DNA of 64,000 bases from an uncultured Gammaproteobacteria bacterium (GCA_964636275.1 CAZWRN010000001.1:107724-171723); one strand, 5' to 3'. Shown: positions 9,542-20,028, counted from the first letter of the stretch. Numbers and translations: made by a program. The notes: generated by a model from the sequence alone, not told the origin.

Positions 9542-10207
9542 ATGAAGAAGCTTTGGATTATTGCTAATTTTAAATCTAACCTATCTTTGGCGCAGACTAT
9601 TGAATGGGTAGAAGCTGTAGGACCCAAACTTGAGCGTAGAGAAGATATTGTTGTGGGTTTTTGCCCGCGTTTTTCAGCTTTGAGTGAAGCTTCTAAAACA
9701 GTTAAAGTCAATAACTTTCCTTTGCTGGTTGGAGCACAAAATATTTCACCTTTTGCCGAAGGAGCATTTACTGGTGAAGAGGCGGCTGTGTTTTTAAAGG
9801 GAATGATTGATTTTTCTTTGATTGGTCATTCAGAAAGGCGTCAGCATTTTGCTGAAACAGATGAGATGGTTGCAGAGAAAGTTAAAAGGGTAAGGGAACA
9901 GGAAATCATGCCAATGGTATGTGTGCAAGATGCTGAAACACCTGTGCCAAGTGGTTGTGAAGTCATAGCCTACGAACCAGTTTTTGCTATAGGAACTGGT
10001 ACTCCAGATACACCTGAGAATGCCGAAAAAGTGGCTAAGCAATTGGTTGGTATGCATCAAGGAATTAATGTTTTGTATGGAGGAAGTGTCAATAAAGAAA
10101 ATTGTGCCGCTTTTGTAAAACAGGAACATATTAGTGGTTTGCTTATTGGAAAAGCCTCTTTAGAGGCCGATCAATTTGTGGCAATTGTCAACGCGTGTTC
10201 TGCGTAG
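9542..10207 (+). CDS. tpiA: triosephosphate isomerase
   Basis: 'IANFKSN', 'IGHSERR', 'YEPVFAIGTG', 'YGGSV' TIM signatures; start at MKKLWII. Confidence 0.85.
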   Translation: MKKLWIIANFKSNLSLAQTIEWVEAVGPKLERREDIVVGFCPRFSALSEASKTVKVNNFPLLVGAQNISPFAEGAFTGEEAAVFLKGMIDFSLIGHSERRQHFAETDEMVAEKVKRVREQEIMPMVCVQDAETPVPSGCEVIAYEPVFAIGTGTPDTPENAEKVAKQLVGMHQGINVLYGGSVNKENCAAFVKQEHISGLLIGKASLEADQFVAIVNACSA

Positions 10208-10247
10208 TACAGTTAATAGACCCGTTTTACTATTCGGCTAAATATTT

Positions 10248-11444
10248 ATGGATTTTGAACTTAAAAAACTCAACATGAAGTCTCCAGGGGAAGTTAAAAA
10301 ACGTTCCCAATCAAAAAAAAGTTGGTTATTTATTTGTATCAGTCTGGTCATAATAATAGGTTTGTTTGTGTGGTTTATGAATAATTCGACAGGGAAGCAG
10401 GTGTTTGAATTTGCTTTGTCGGCAGCTAGTGGTCCGTCAATTAAGTCTACTGATGATCGGGTAAATATTTTGCTGCTTGGATTGGCAGGCGGAAAACATG
10501 ATGGCGCGACGTTGACTGATTCAATAATTATAGCTTCATATTCTTTAAAAAGTCATAAAGTGACAATGATATCTGTCCCTCGAGATTTGTGGCTGGATGG
10601 TATTAGTGAGAAAGTAAATGCAGCTTATCAGGAAGGTGAAGAACGTCCTGAAGGAGGATTAGCTTTTGCTTCAGACAAGATTGATGACATTATTGGTATT
10701 CCGATCCATTATGCAGTCCGAATAGATTTTGCCGGCTTTGCTAAAGCGGTTGATCTTGTTGGTGGAATTGATGTTGAAGTCCCAAAAACATTTGATGATT
10801 TTAACTATCCAATTACCGGTAAAGAAGAGGATTTGTGTGGTTTAGTGGAGAAAGAGATGGATATTACTGAGGAACAGGCGAAAATACTGAAGCTAAAACC
10901 GGGTAAACAAAACCTGTTGGTAGATAGTACAGATAAAATAGCTAGTCAGGCGGCCGATTTTGCCTGTCGTTTTGAACATCTGCATTTTAATAAGGGAGTT
11001 ACTCATATGGATGGGGAAACTGCTTTAAAATTTGTTCGTTCTCGAATGGGCACCAATGGTGAAGGGTCAGATTTTGCCAGATCCCGAAGACAGCAATTGG
11101 TGATACAAGCTTTTCGAGAAAAAGCTTTGTCACTCGATACTTTGTTCAATCCGTCTAAAATAGGTGGTCTGTTGAATACCTTTGGAGAAAGTGTTGATAC
11201 AAATATTCCTAAAAGTGATTATTTGGATTTTTATGATATTGCTAAAAATGTTAAAGGTGTAGATACAATTGTTTTAGGAGATCTGGGTGATGGTAAAAGT
11301 GTCTTAGTAGTTGGAGATGTTTCAAAATATGGTCGTTTTGTAATGGTTCCACCTCAAAATGATTACGCCCCCTTACAACAATATGTCAAAGCCAAATTGG
11401 ACGAAGATAGTAAAGAATCTACAGCCTCCGCTCAACCTAAGTAA
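10248..11444 (+). CDS. LytR-CpsA-Psr (LCP) family cell-envelope phosphotransferase
   Basis: N-terminal TM; 'NILLLGLAGGKHDGATLTDSIIIASY...MISVPRDLW' LCP core. Confidence 0.75.
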   Translation: MDFELKKLNMKSPGEVKKRSQSKKSWLFICISLVIIIGLFVWFMNNSTGKQVFEFALSAASGPSIKSTDDRVNILLLGLAGGKHDGATLTDSIIIASYSLKSHKVTMISVPRDLWLDGISEKVNAAYQEGEERPEGGLAFASDKIDDIIGIPIHYAVRIDFAGFAKAVDLVGGIDVEVPKTFDDFNYPITGKEEDLCGLVEKEMDITEEQAKILKLKPGKQNLLVDSTDKIASQAADFACRFEHLHFNKGVTHMDGETALKFVRSRMGTNGEGSDFARSRRQQLVIQAFREKALSLDTLFNPSKIGGLLNTFGESVDTNIPKSDYLDFYDIAKNVKGVDTIVLGDLGDGKSVLVVGDVSKYGRFVMVPPQNDYAPLQQYVKAKLDEDSKESTASAQPK

Positions 11445-11539
11445 GTTCGTGTTAGAATGCAGAATATAGTATATAGAATGCAGTTGGTGATTAATGTTTT
11501 TGCTATATTCTAAACTCAATATTCTATATTCTTTTACGT

Positions 11540-12199
11540 ATGCCGATTATTTTATTTCATGGAAATGGTTTGACTGCAATATCAAGAGCTGTTTCAGCTT
11601 GGCGAGCAAAATTTGACCCGCTAGCTATAAGTGAATTTAATGGGAAAAATCAGTCGATAGAACAGGCAGCTATGGGCATAGGGACGATGGATTTATTTTC
11701 AGATGCTAGATTGGTAATTTTGGAAAATTTCAATGAAAAAACTGATCTGTCATTATTAAAGTCCGATGCTACTACGACGGTATTAATCAGGGCCCAAAAG
11801 CCACTTTCAGCAACCACCTTAATGTTAAAATCGGCCAAAGCTCTAAACGCTCAAATACAGGAGTTTTCTGAATCAGATGAAGTCTCAATATTTCCTTTTT
11901 TGGATCTTTTAGGAGAAAAAAAACAGTTTGCATATACACAGCTGGAAAAAGTATATGCCGAATACGGAGGGCAATATATATTAACTATGTTGTATTATTT
12001 CTATCGACGAATGTTAATAAATCCTGACAAAATGTCGCCCTATATGGTCAAAAAACTTCAAAAGCAGAAAGATAATTTCCCAATTGATAAAATTAAACAA
12101 CTTTATAAATTCACTTTAGAAACTGATTTCCAAATCAAGTCAGGTCTTATTGATGAACGTATAGGATTAACACTTATTGTAAATAAGATATTAGATTAG
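11540..12199 (+). CDS. holA: DNA polymerase III delta subunit (short form)
   Basis: N-terminal 'ILFHG.' and C-terminal 'TDFQIKSGLIDERIGLTLIV' resemble the HolA N and C domains. Only 219 aa. Confidence 0.5.
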   Translation: MPIILFHGNGLTAISRAVSAWRAKFDPLAISEFNGKNQSIEQAAMGIGTMDLFSDARLVILENFNEKTDLSLLKSDATTTVLIRAQKPLSATTLMLKSAKALNAQIQEFSESDEVSIFPFLDLLGEKKQFAYTQLEKVYAEYGGQYILTMLYYFYRRMLINPDKMSPYMVKKLQKQKDNFPIDKIKQLYKFTLETDFQIKSGLIDERIGLTLIVNKILD

Positions 12200-13152
12200 A
12201 GTGTTGTTAATAACAGGTCAGAATCTTTCTTATCTATAAAACCATCTTTGTTTAAATCAGATTTTTTCATTTCAGAGGTACTGTCATTTGCAACTTGTTT
12301 GCCATCATTTTGAGTGATGATAGCCAGATCTAGTGAATTTATTTTCCCATCACTATTGAGATCATAGGGGTTGGAAGAGTTAGAATTTTGTTGAGAATCC
12401 AATTCTGGTAATACTCCTTTAAGATTGATGTTTTGACCAATTGTTAATGGTGGTAGTAGGGTTGATTCCCCAATTGGTAAATTCAATTCAACTTGTGACT
12501 GCAAAGAACCCTTTTTAATTATGATTAATGCCGGAGTATTTTTTTCAATTAGAAAGGGAGCTGATAAATCGCTTGTTCGAAGTTCTTTAAGTGGGATAAT
12601 AAAATTTCCAGCGGTGCTAGTAAATGTCGTCATTTCAGATGCCCCATCTATATGAAGAGTGACCAGCGCTTCATCAATCGGATTGAGATTGGTATTTAAC
12701 ACACTACCACGAAGTGGTTTATTGGGTGTTGAATTTTCCAAAAAATTTGCCGTTTTAAAAGATAAGGCATTTTCGGGATATTTGACCCCATTTGCAAGAA
12801 CTTGATAATAATAATTTGTCTCTGGTTTTAGATTACGCAATGTTACGAAGTGAACCTGTCGATTTCGAGATTCTTTATTGTCTCGATTGTCGTTGGCAAT
12901 TTCAGTTAGCTGATTATTTGTTCCATATGCGACTTGTCCGAGCGTTGGTGTTTCAGTCCACCAAGTAATGGTTACCTGATCAGCTAATACATTTGTGATC
13001 AAGATCTCTGTTGGATTGTATAGAGTCCTATGTTTGTTTGATATATTTTGCTGATAAAAATACAGAAATATCCCTAAAATGAGGGCAGTTATAAGAAGTG
13101 AAAGCCCCAAAAGTGTGGGTATTTTGGTGGTTTTATGTCCAACAAACTCCAT
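12196..13152 (-). CDS. N-anchored surface protein with FN3/purple-acid-phosphatase-N-like domain and dockerin-type Ca-binding repeats
   Basis: 'VTITWWTETPTLGQVAYG...NYYYQV' FN3-like; C-terminal 'DLNSDGKINSLDL' and 'DLNKDGFIDKKD' dockerin/EF-hand-like repeats. Last gene of the pilN/pilO operon. Confidence 0.5.
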   Translation of the reverse strand: MEFVGHKTTKIPTLLGLSLLITALILGIFLYFYQQNISNKHRTLYNPTEILITNVLADQVTITWWTETPTLGQVAYGTNNQLTEIANDNRDNKESRNRQVHFVTLRNLKPETNYYYQVLANGVKYPENALSFKTANFLENSTPNKPLRGSVLNTNLNPIDEALVTLHIDGASEMTTFTSTAGNFIIPLKELRTSDLSAPFLIEKNTPALIIIKKGSLQSQVELNLPIGESTLLPPLTIGQNINLKGVLPELDSQQNSNSSNPYDLNSDGKINSLDLAIITQNDGKQVANDSTSEMKKSDLNKDGFIDKKDSDLLLTTL

Positions 13153-13502
13153 TATTGGCTTCCTCCTGGCACGGCAGATGCTGATGCATTGACCGGAATT
13201 AATCCTGAAGGGAAAGGTAGTGGTGTAGCAACCGGACTGACTGTCGGTTGAGCTGAACGGGTTGAATTATTGCTAAACCTATTTTTTCCGGTGGATGAGA
13301 TGGTCAATTCTTCTACTGGAGTGACCTCTTTAATCTGGTCTATTACCTTAGAATCAAAATTGGGATTTAATGGAGATAAAAGTGTAGAGAGTTTTGGATT
13401 TACTTCGATACTTGGTCTGGTATGGATAATATCTGCAATAATCCAAATTATTATGACCACAAAGGTGACGATGATAACTATTAAAAATTGTCGGTTATTC
13501 AT
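13152..13502 (-). CDS. small N-anchored Pro-rich protein (pilus-operon member, PilP-like position)
   Basis: TM helix then Pro/Ser-rich tail; translationally coupled (ATGA overlaps) to flanking genes. Confidence 0.35.
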   Translation of the reverse strand: MNNRQFLIVIIVTFVVIIIWIIADIIHTRPSIEVNPKLSTLLSPLNPNFDSKVIDQIKEVTPVEELTISSTGKNRFSNNSTRSAQPTVSPVATPLPFPSGLIPVNASASAVPGGSQ

Positions 13503-13503
13503 A

Positions 13504-14106
13504 TTAATTTTTTAAATAATAGGCCTTTGCATTTACCACCATTAAAATCATACCTCCATCGAGACGGTTCATACTGATTGATTTAATACTAATTAAACGC
13601 TCAATCTTCTTTAAACTCTCAAGAATTCCACCCAGCTGGTTGTAAGTGCCTTGGATACTAAAAGAAAGTTCGGCTTCTTGAATAGCTGCGGTTTTATTAG
13701 GATTTGTATTTAATGGTTCCAAAGTGACCGGTTGAAATTGTATTCCTGCCACTGTGGCTTCATACCGAGTTATAAGAGAGCCAAGTACAGCTGATATTAC
13801 GGGTAAGTCTGGTTGATTGGGGATTAGATTGGTCAGCTTGGTTTTTACACTGGGGTCAAGTGATTCATAATTAGCTCTCCCTTTAGCTAAACTTTCCCGT
13901 TTTTCCACTACACTTGTCAGGATATTTTTCTGCTCATCAACACTTTTTTGTAGTGCAAGTATTGTTATTACTGTTGGTCTGATGGCATATAATGCAAAAA
14001 TAGAGATAGCTATTAAATTGAAAATTGTAGTTGCATAAGAACGAACAAATTTATTTCTTGCTATTGGCTTAACATAAGTATAGTAGCGTGAGTATTTTGA
14101 CTGCAT
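13504..14106 (-). CDS. PilO-like type IV pilus assembly protein
   Basis: Single N-terminal TM, coiled-coil, C-terminal alpha/beta domain; size and architecture typical of PilO; adjacent to the PilN-like gene. Confidence 0.45.
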   Translation of the reverse strand: MQSKYSRYYTYVKPIARNKFVRSYATTIFNLIAISIFALYAIRPTVITILALQKSVDEQKNILTSVVEKRESLAKGRANYESLDPSVKTKLTNLIPNQPDLPVISAVLGSLITRYEATVAGIQFQPVTLEPLNTNPNKTAAIQEAELSFSIQGTYNQLGGILESLKKIERLISIKSISMNRLDGGMILMVVNAKAYYLKN

Positions 14107-14705
14107 TATTTTCGGCGTGCTCCTCCAGATAAACTAAATAAGATTTCTTGTTTATCGTAGTTTAAAGAGTCCAGTGCAATATCTTTAAATAGTTTATTAC
14201 CTTGTGCATCCTGTAGGTTACGCAGTTTTTTTATAAATAGGCCTAAATCGTTTACAGAAGTTGTCTGACCAGAAAGTTTGATGCCTAGATATTCATTTTG
14301 ACCGTCGTTTGAATCTAGATTCAGACTGTTTATCCTGACACTGGGAGGTATTTCAGTAGATAAATTATTAAAGATTCGAGTCCAGTCTGGGGTATTAGCA
14401 TAGACTGTCCCGATAGTTTGTAACTTACTTTGAGTTTGATTTATTAAAGCCTCATCGGCGATCATTCCTTCGATGAAAGGCAGATCTTTGTTGATACTCG
14501 TTTTGATATTGTCCAAATCATAATCGAGTTTAAAGCGGAAAAGGAACGCCGATACGACAATAATTTCGGTAAAGATTACGATATAACGCCCATAAGATAC
14601 AATCCAGCGTAAAAAACGGGTTGGGAGAGATGGTGGGATCTCATTTGGATGAAGTAGATTGAGTTTCAGCCGAAGCTGATTTTTTGGGGCAGCGCTTTTT
14701 GACAT
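14106..14705 (-). CDS. PilN-like type IV pilus assembly protein
   Basis: Cytoplasmic N-terminus with 'KLNLLHP' (PilN 'INLLP' PilM-binding motif), TM, periplasmic domain. Confidence 0.5.
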   Translation of the reverse strand: MSKSAAPKNQLRLKLNLLHPNEIPPSLPTRFLRWIVSYGRYIVIFTEIIVVSAFLFRFKLDYDLDNIKTSINKDLPFIEGMIADEALINQTQSKLQTIGTVYANTPDWTRIFNNLSTEIPPSVRINSLNLDSNDGQNEYLGIKLSGQTTSVNDLGLFIKKLRNLQDAQGNKLFKDIALDSLNYDKQEILFSLSGGARRK

Positions 14706-14822
14706 ACACGAAAACCTCCTTTGGAAAGAAGGCTATATTCATTGTAGATCTTTAAGGATAAAAAGGTAAGATGTTAAGCAGGCATTTAGTAAGTAGTAAG
14801 TAGGGTATGTGTATGGTATATA

Positions 14823-15230
14823 GTGGGGATGCAGATGATAAAAAAAGTGGCTTTGGCTGTATTTAAAGATAAGAAATTGTTGTGTGTCCGTAGTCACAAA
14901 AATGCTGAGGTGTTTTATTGCTTAGGGGGAACGGTGAAAGAGGGGGAGACTGATGAAGATGCATTGCGTAGAGAAGTTAGAGAAGAAGTGGGGTGTGAAG
15001 TTGGCGAACGAATTGAGTTGTTGGAAACGTTTGAAGATTGGGCTCATGGAAAAGAAGACACCATAGTGCAGATTAAATTGTATCGAGCGGATTTGATGGG
15101 CACTCCTCAGCCAAGCTCGGAGATAGCAGAGATCGATTATTTAAATTCACAAACCGATCCTAAAAAATTATCAGCCATTGCGATAAATCAGATGTTCCCC
15201 TGGTTAGAAGGTAAAGGATTCATCGAATAA
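14823..15230 (+). CDS. NUDIX hydrolase
   Basis: Nudix box 'GGTVKEGETDEDALRREVREEVGCEV' (GX5EX7REUXEEXGU). Confidence 0.75.
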   Translation: MGMQMIKKVALAVFKDKKLLCVRSHKNAEVFYCLGGTVKEGETDEDALRREVREEVGCEVGERIELLETFEDWAHGKEDTIVQIKLYRADLMGTPQPSSEIAEIDYLNSQTDPKKLSAIAINQMFPWLEGKGFIE

Positions 15231-15347
15231 CAGGGGTAAAGATATACTTTTTGGACGAATTAATCCTGAATTAACATGAGAAGTTACAAATAAATTATTC
15301 TATATTTAAGGTTGTTTCTCACTCGCTCGAAAAATATTAAGGGATGA

Positions 15348-15593
15348 TTATTTAGCTGGAGTAGCAAGGAGTTTTGAAAGTCGAGATTTAAGTCGTGCCG
15401 CCTTGTTTGGGTGGATCAATTTAGTTTTAGCAGCTTTATCCAGGTTGGATGAAACTTGTTTTAGATTGTCGGCATCAGGCATTCGGCGCATGGTTTTGAC
15501 CAGGGATTTCATAACCTGTTTTTTAAGATCGTTTTGTGAAGTGCGCCTCTTGTCGCGACGCATTTTCTTTTTAGATGACTTTAGTAACGGCAT
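15348..15593 (-). CDS. rpsT: 30S ribosomal protein S20
   Basis: 'KSSKKKMRRDKRR...LIHPNKAARLKSRLSKLL' matches S20; start at MPLLKSS. Confidence 0.75.
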   Translation of the reverse strand: MPLLKSSKKKMRRDKRRTSQNDLKKQVMKSLVKTMRRMPDADNLKQVSSNLDKAAKTKLIHPNKAARLKSRLSKLLATPAK

Positions 15594-15643
15594 AACTTGT
15601 GAAGTGTACCATATAGCTAGGCTCAAGTGCAAGCTAAAGGATT

Positions 15644-15813
15644 AATAATCAAGTAACAAGATCCAAGTCTTCCAGAGAAAGTCAAAACTCAAAAGGCAAA
15701 AAGCAAAAATACAATTAAAAAGTGAGAAATTTTGACTTACGATTTGTATTTTTGACTTCTAACTTTTACTCTTTAATTTTTTTGTATCTTGGTGATTGTT
15801 TCTTGTATCTTTG
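15644..15813. repeat. palindromic intergenic element (CAAGATACAA/TTGTATCTTG family), copy between divergent rpsT and murJ
   Basis: Left arm TAATAATCAAGTAACAAGATCCAAG; right arm TTTGTATCTTGGTGATTGTTTCTTGTATCTTTG ends 28 nt before the murJ ATG. Confidence 0.55.
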
Positions 15814-15841
15814 CCTGGATTGCTTGATAATTTAGACACTT

Positions 15842-17473
15842 ATGGTGAAATCACTTTTTAATCTTTTAAATGCCAGACAGACTACTATTTTATCTGGGGC
15901 GACTATTTTGATGGTAGCCGTCTTTTTATCTAGGTTTTTGGGATTGATTCGTGACCGGTTGCTGGTGCACAACTTTTCTACTTCAGAAGCCAGTGTCTTT
16001 TTTGCAGCTTTTAAACTGCCTGACTTGATGTTTCAATTGCTCATTTTAGGGACACTCTCAGTAGCATTCATTCCTGTTTTTACTGAATATCTAAATAAAG
16101 ATGGAGAGAAAGAGGCCTTTTCCTTTGCATCCAATATTCTCAATCTCTCATTGGTGGTGTTTGGTGTTTTGGCACTAGTATGTTTGTTTTTTGTGAGCCA
16201 TATCAATAGTATATTTGTTCCAGGATTTGTTGGTGAACAAAAAATATTAACGGATCAGCTGACGAGGATTATTTTGGTTGCACAGTTGATTTTAGTTGTT
16301 GGTTCGTTTTTTATCGGTTTGTCTCAGTCTTATCAACGATTTTTGGTGCCTGCATTGGCACCGCTTTTCTACAATGTGGGTATCATTTTCGGAATTGCAG
16401 TCTTATCGCAGTATTTTGGAATTATGGGTCCGGCTATTGGTGTGGTTTTAGGATCTTTGATGCATGTATTGGTTCAGATACCTTTAATTCGTTCACTTGG
16501 ATATAAATATACTTTTAGTCTGGATTTTCTAAATAAAGGAGTGAGAGAGGTATTCAAGCTGATGAGTGTGCGAAATATCGGTTTGGCCGCTGAACAAATC
16601 TCTGATGCAATTGGTTTTGCTCTGGCTACCCTGATCTCTTTTTCAGCTCCGACATTGTTGACATTTGCCCAGCATTTATCAGCGGTCCCGGTAGGTCTTT
16701 TTGGAGCGACTATTGCTCAGGCGGCTTTACCAGTGTTGTCTCGCGAACATGCCAAAGGAGAAACTGAATCTTTTAAAATTACGCTTTTGACAACCATGCA
16801 TCAGATTTTATTTTTGACTCTGCCGGCGACAGCAATGTTAATTGTGCTGCGTATACCAATCGTTCGATTGACCTTTGGTGCATCACAGTTTAATTGGGAT
16901 GACACTGTCTTAACAGGGCGGACGGTGGCTTTTTTGGCATTAGGTTTGGCGGCTTATTCGGTAACACTGCTTTTGGTCAGAGGTTTTTATGCACTGAAAG
17001 ACACAAAGACTCCGGTGATTGTTTCTTTAGTTACAGTGGTTACCAATATTGTTCTTAGTGTCTTTTTTGTACAGGTATTTCATTTAGATGTCTGGAGTTT
17101 AGGGTTGGCTTACTCTTTTTCAACCACAGTGTCGGTAGTATTATTGCTGGGCTTTTTATCAAAAAAGCTGCACGGATTTGATCGTAGGATGCTGGTACTT
17201 CCAGCGGTGAAAATGGCTTTAGCGGCTGTGGCCGCGGCTTTGGCTCTTTATATCCCGATTAAATTATTGGACCAGTTGGTATTTGATACGACCAGAACTG
17301 TCAATTTGATCGTGCTTACTTCGATTGCTTCTACCGCAGGTTTGAGTATTTACCTATTTTTAGTTTGGATGATGGATGTTAAAGAGTTGAATACCTATGT
17401 GGATTTGTTGAAAAAGTTGGGAAAGCTGCGTTTTAAAAGCCAAGAGATTGTGAATGATACAGGAAACCCCTAA
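15842..17473 (+). CDS. murJ: lipid II flippase MurJ/MviN
   Basis: 14-TM protein, 'RDRLLVHNFS...AFKLPDLMFQLLILGTLSVAFIPVF' MurJ N-terminal signature. Confidence 0.85.
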   Translation: MVKSLFNLLNARQTTILSGATILMVAVFLSRFLGLIRDRLLVHNFSTSEASVFFAAFKLPDLMFQLLILGTLSVAFIPVFTEYLNKDGEKEAFSFASNILNLSLVVFGVLALVCLFFVSHINSIFVPGFVGEQKILTDQLTRIILVAQLILVVGSFFIGLSQSYQRFLVPALAPLFYNVGIIFGIAVLSQYFGIMGPAIGVVLGSLMHVLVQIPLIRSLGYKYTFSLDFLNKGVREVFKLMSVRNIGLAAEQISDAIGFALATLISFSAPTLLTFAQHLSAVPVGLFGATIAQAALPVLSREHAKGETESFKITLLTTMHQILFLTLPATAMLIVLRIPIVRLTFGASQFNWDDTVLTGRTVAFLALGLAAYSVTLLLVRGFYALKDTKTPVIVSLVTVVTNIVLSVFFVQVFHLDVWSLGLAYSFSTTVSVVLLLGFLSKKLHGFDRRMLVLPAVKMALAAVAAALALYIPIKLLDQLVFDTTRTVNLIVLTSIASTAGLSIYLFLVWMMDVKELNTYVDLLKKLGKLRFKSQEIVNDTGNP

Positions 17474-17569
17474 GTTAGTAAGTAGGCTTTAGTAAGTAGT
17501 TTGTAGGTAAGGATAAACCGAATTCTAAACTAGATACAAAATACCAGATACTATATACTTTTTTATACT

Positions 17570-18064
17570 ATGAAACTTCTTTATGTTACTGGTAATCCTG
17601 CGAAGCTTCGAACTGCACAAAATTTTTTGCAGGGGATGGGGGTTGAAGTGGAGCAGGGAATTGTTGATGTGAGTGAGATCCAGTCGGAATCCATTGAAGA
17701 AATTGCTTTGGATAAAGCTAGGAAATCTTTTAAAATCCTGCAGCAGCCTTTGATAGTGAATGATTCTGGTTGGTTTTTTTTGGGACTGAATGGTTTTCCT
17801 GGTCCTTTCATGAAGTATGTGAATGATTGGTTTACCGCGGAAAATTATTTAGATTTAACCCGCAATCTGACCGATCGTCGGGTAATTTTAAAACAAGTTA
17901 TTGTCTGGACAGATGGGAAAGAGTACAAAGTGTTTGAACACGATACGCATTGTTTTTTGCATCGAGAAATTAAAGGGAATAGCCCAAGGATGTCCGACAA
18001 TTTAGTTGGACCCAAAGAAGATGGAACGACTTTTGGCGAGATGACGGAGAAACAAGATTTTTAA
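17570..18064 (+). CDS. non-canonical purine NTP pyrophosphatase (Ham1/RdgB family)
   Basis: 'LLYVTGNPAKL', 'NDSGWFFLGLNGFPGPFMKYV' Ham1 motifs. Confidence 0.7.
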   Translation: MKLLYVTGNPAKLRTAQNFLQGMGVEVEQGIVDVSEIQSESIEEIALDKARKSFKILQQPLIVNDSGWFFLGLNGFPGPFMKYVNDWFTAENYLDLTRNLTDRRVILKQVIVWTDGKEYKVFEHDTHCFLHREIKGNSPRMSDNLVGPKEDGTTFGEMTEKQDF

Positions 18065-18258
18065 CTTGATGGTGAGGATGCTGTGTGGAAAGAATTGGTG
18101 GCCTTTTTAAAAAAATCTTCAGTTTGATATAAATCTGAGCCTAAAGTACAATACAGCTTGGATGTGGGAAGTTGGAGATGGGAAATGGGATTTGTTTTGA
18201 ATCGCACTTCTCACTTCAAAAGTCTAGTTACGCACCTCTCACATCGCATTTCTCGAAC

Positions 18259-20028
18259 ATGAATATCAGAAATTTCTCAATTATTGCTCATGTGGATCAT
18301 GGTAAATCGACTTTGGCCGATCGTCTTTTAGAGATGACTGGTACTGTGTCTAAAGATAAATTGCAGGAGCAGATGCTGGATTCTTTGGAGCTGGAAAGAC
18401 AGCGGGGAATTACTATTAAATTGGCTCCAGTGCGTTTGAAGTACCAGTATGAAGGTGAAGAGTATTTGCTCAATTTAATCGATACCCCAGGCCATGTGGA
18501 TTTTTCTTATGAAGTTTCCAGAGCCTTGGCTGCTGTAGAAGGCGCTATTATTTTGGTGGATGCGACACAGGGAATTCAGGCTCAAACATTGTCGCATGGA
18601 TTGTCAGCGATGGAACAAAACCTGACCTTGATCCCGGTAATCAATAAAATTGATTTACCAAATGCGGATGTAGAGAAATACACCAAACAACTGGTAGAAA
18701 CTTTTGGTTTTCGGGAGGATGAGATTATTTTAGCTTCTGGGAAAAGTGGGATTGGAGTCGAAGAGATCTTAAAAGCTGTAGTAGAAAGAATTCCGGCTCC
18801 TAAACAGGAAGTGGACAAGCCGCTGAAAGCGCTGATCTTTGATTCGTATTTTGATTCTTATAAAGGTGTAGTGGCTCAAGTACGTGTTATGGAAGGAAAG
18901 GTTCCTGGTAACCAAGCGCCAATCAACTTTTTGGGAACTCATTCAACTGCCAATATTGTCGAGTTTGGTTTTTTTGGTCCAGCATTGACCCCGGTAAATT
19001 CTTTACAAGCCGGCGAAATTGGATACATTGCTACAGGAATTAAAGAGTCAGACCGGGTTCGGGTGGGCGATACTATTGCCACCTCTTTTGATGAAGGACA
19101 GCTACCCGGATATAAAGAGGTAAAGCCAATGGTCTATGTTGGACTGTATCCGATTGAAACTGGGGATTATTTTGAACTGAAAGAGGCGTTGGCGAAATTT
19201 AAACTTAATGATCCGGCATTTTCCTATGAACCAGAGCAGTCAGCGGCTTTGGGATCTGGGTTTAGATGTGGATTTTTAGGCCTATTGCATGCTGAAGTAG
19301 TCCAGGAAAGACTGGCTGAGGAGTTTAATGTAAATCTGCTGGCGACCGCACCTTCGGTGGAATACTTAGTAAACGATTTGCCGGTGAATAATCCAGCGGA
19401 GCTTGATTTGTCCAATATGAAAGATATTAAGGAGCCTTGGGTGAAACTGATTGTCTTTACGCCACAAAGCTATATTGGACCGATTATGGAACTGGTACAG
19501 GAGAAAAGGGGTAAATTTATCAATATGCAGCATTATGGTGTCCAGGTGGAGCTGACTTATGAAATGCCTTTGGCCGAGATGATTACTGATTTTTACGATA
19601 AACTGAAATCTGTTTCATCGGGCTATGCGTCTTTAGATTGGGATTTTATCGAGTTTCGCGCGGTAGATGGGGTGCGTCTGGATATTTTGGTCGGTGGAGA
19701 AAAAGTAGATGCTTTGTCTATTATTACGGTTCGTCAGCGAGCTGAAAGTCTTGGTCGCAAACTGGTAGAAAAGTTGAAGGAAGTATTACCACAGCAAAAT
19801 TTTGCCATCGCCCTGCAGGCGGCTATTGGAGGCAATATTATTGCCAGGGAAACAATATCTCCATTTCGAAAAGATGTCTTGATGCATGGAAGTAAGATGG
19901 TGGGTGGAGGAGACTATAGTCGAAAGAGGAAACTTTTGGAAAAACAGAAAAAGGGAAAAAAGAAGATGAAGATGATCGGTCGAGTCGAAATTCCGCAGGA
20001 GGCTTTTCTAACGATTTTGAAAAGTTAA
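18259..20028 (+). CDS. lepA: elongation factor 4 (LepA)
   Basis: 'IRNFSIIAHVDHGKSTLADRLL', 'DTPGHVDF', 'NKIDL' and LepA C-terminal domain. Start at MNIRNF (ATG 18259). Confidence 0.9.
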   Translation: MNIRNFSIIAHVDHGKSTLADRLLEMTGTVSKDKLQEQMLDSLELERQRGITIKLAPVRLKYQYEGEEYLLNLIDTPGHVDFSYEVSRALAAVEGAIILVDATQGIQAQTLSHGLSAMEQNLTLIPVINKIDLPNADVEKYTKQLVETFGFREDEIILASGKSGIGVEEILKAVVERIPAPKQEVDKPLKALIFDSYFDSYKGVVAQVRVMEGKVPGNQAPINFLGTHSTANIVEFGFFGPALTPVNSLQAGEIGYIATGIKESDRVRVGDTIATSFDEGQLPGYKEVKPMVYVGLYPIETGDYFELKEALAKFKLNDPAFSYEPEQSAALGSGFRCGFLGLLHAEVVQERLAEEFNVNLLATAPSVEYLVNDLPVNNPAELDLSNMKDIKEPWVKLIVFTPQSYIGPIMELVQEKRGKFINMQHYGVQVELTYEMPLAEMITDFYDKLKSVSSGYASLDWDFIEFRAVDGVRLDILVGGEKVDALSIITVRQRAESLGRKLVEKLKEVLPQQNFAIALQAAIGGNIIARETISPFRKDVLMHGSKMVGGGDYSRKRKLLEKQKKGKKKMKMIGRVEIPQEAFLTILKS

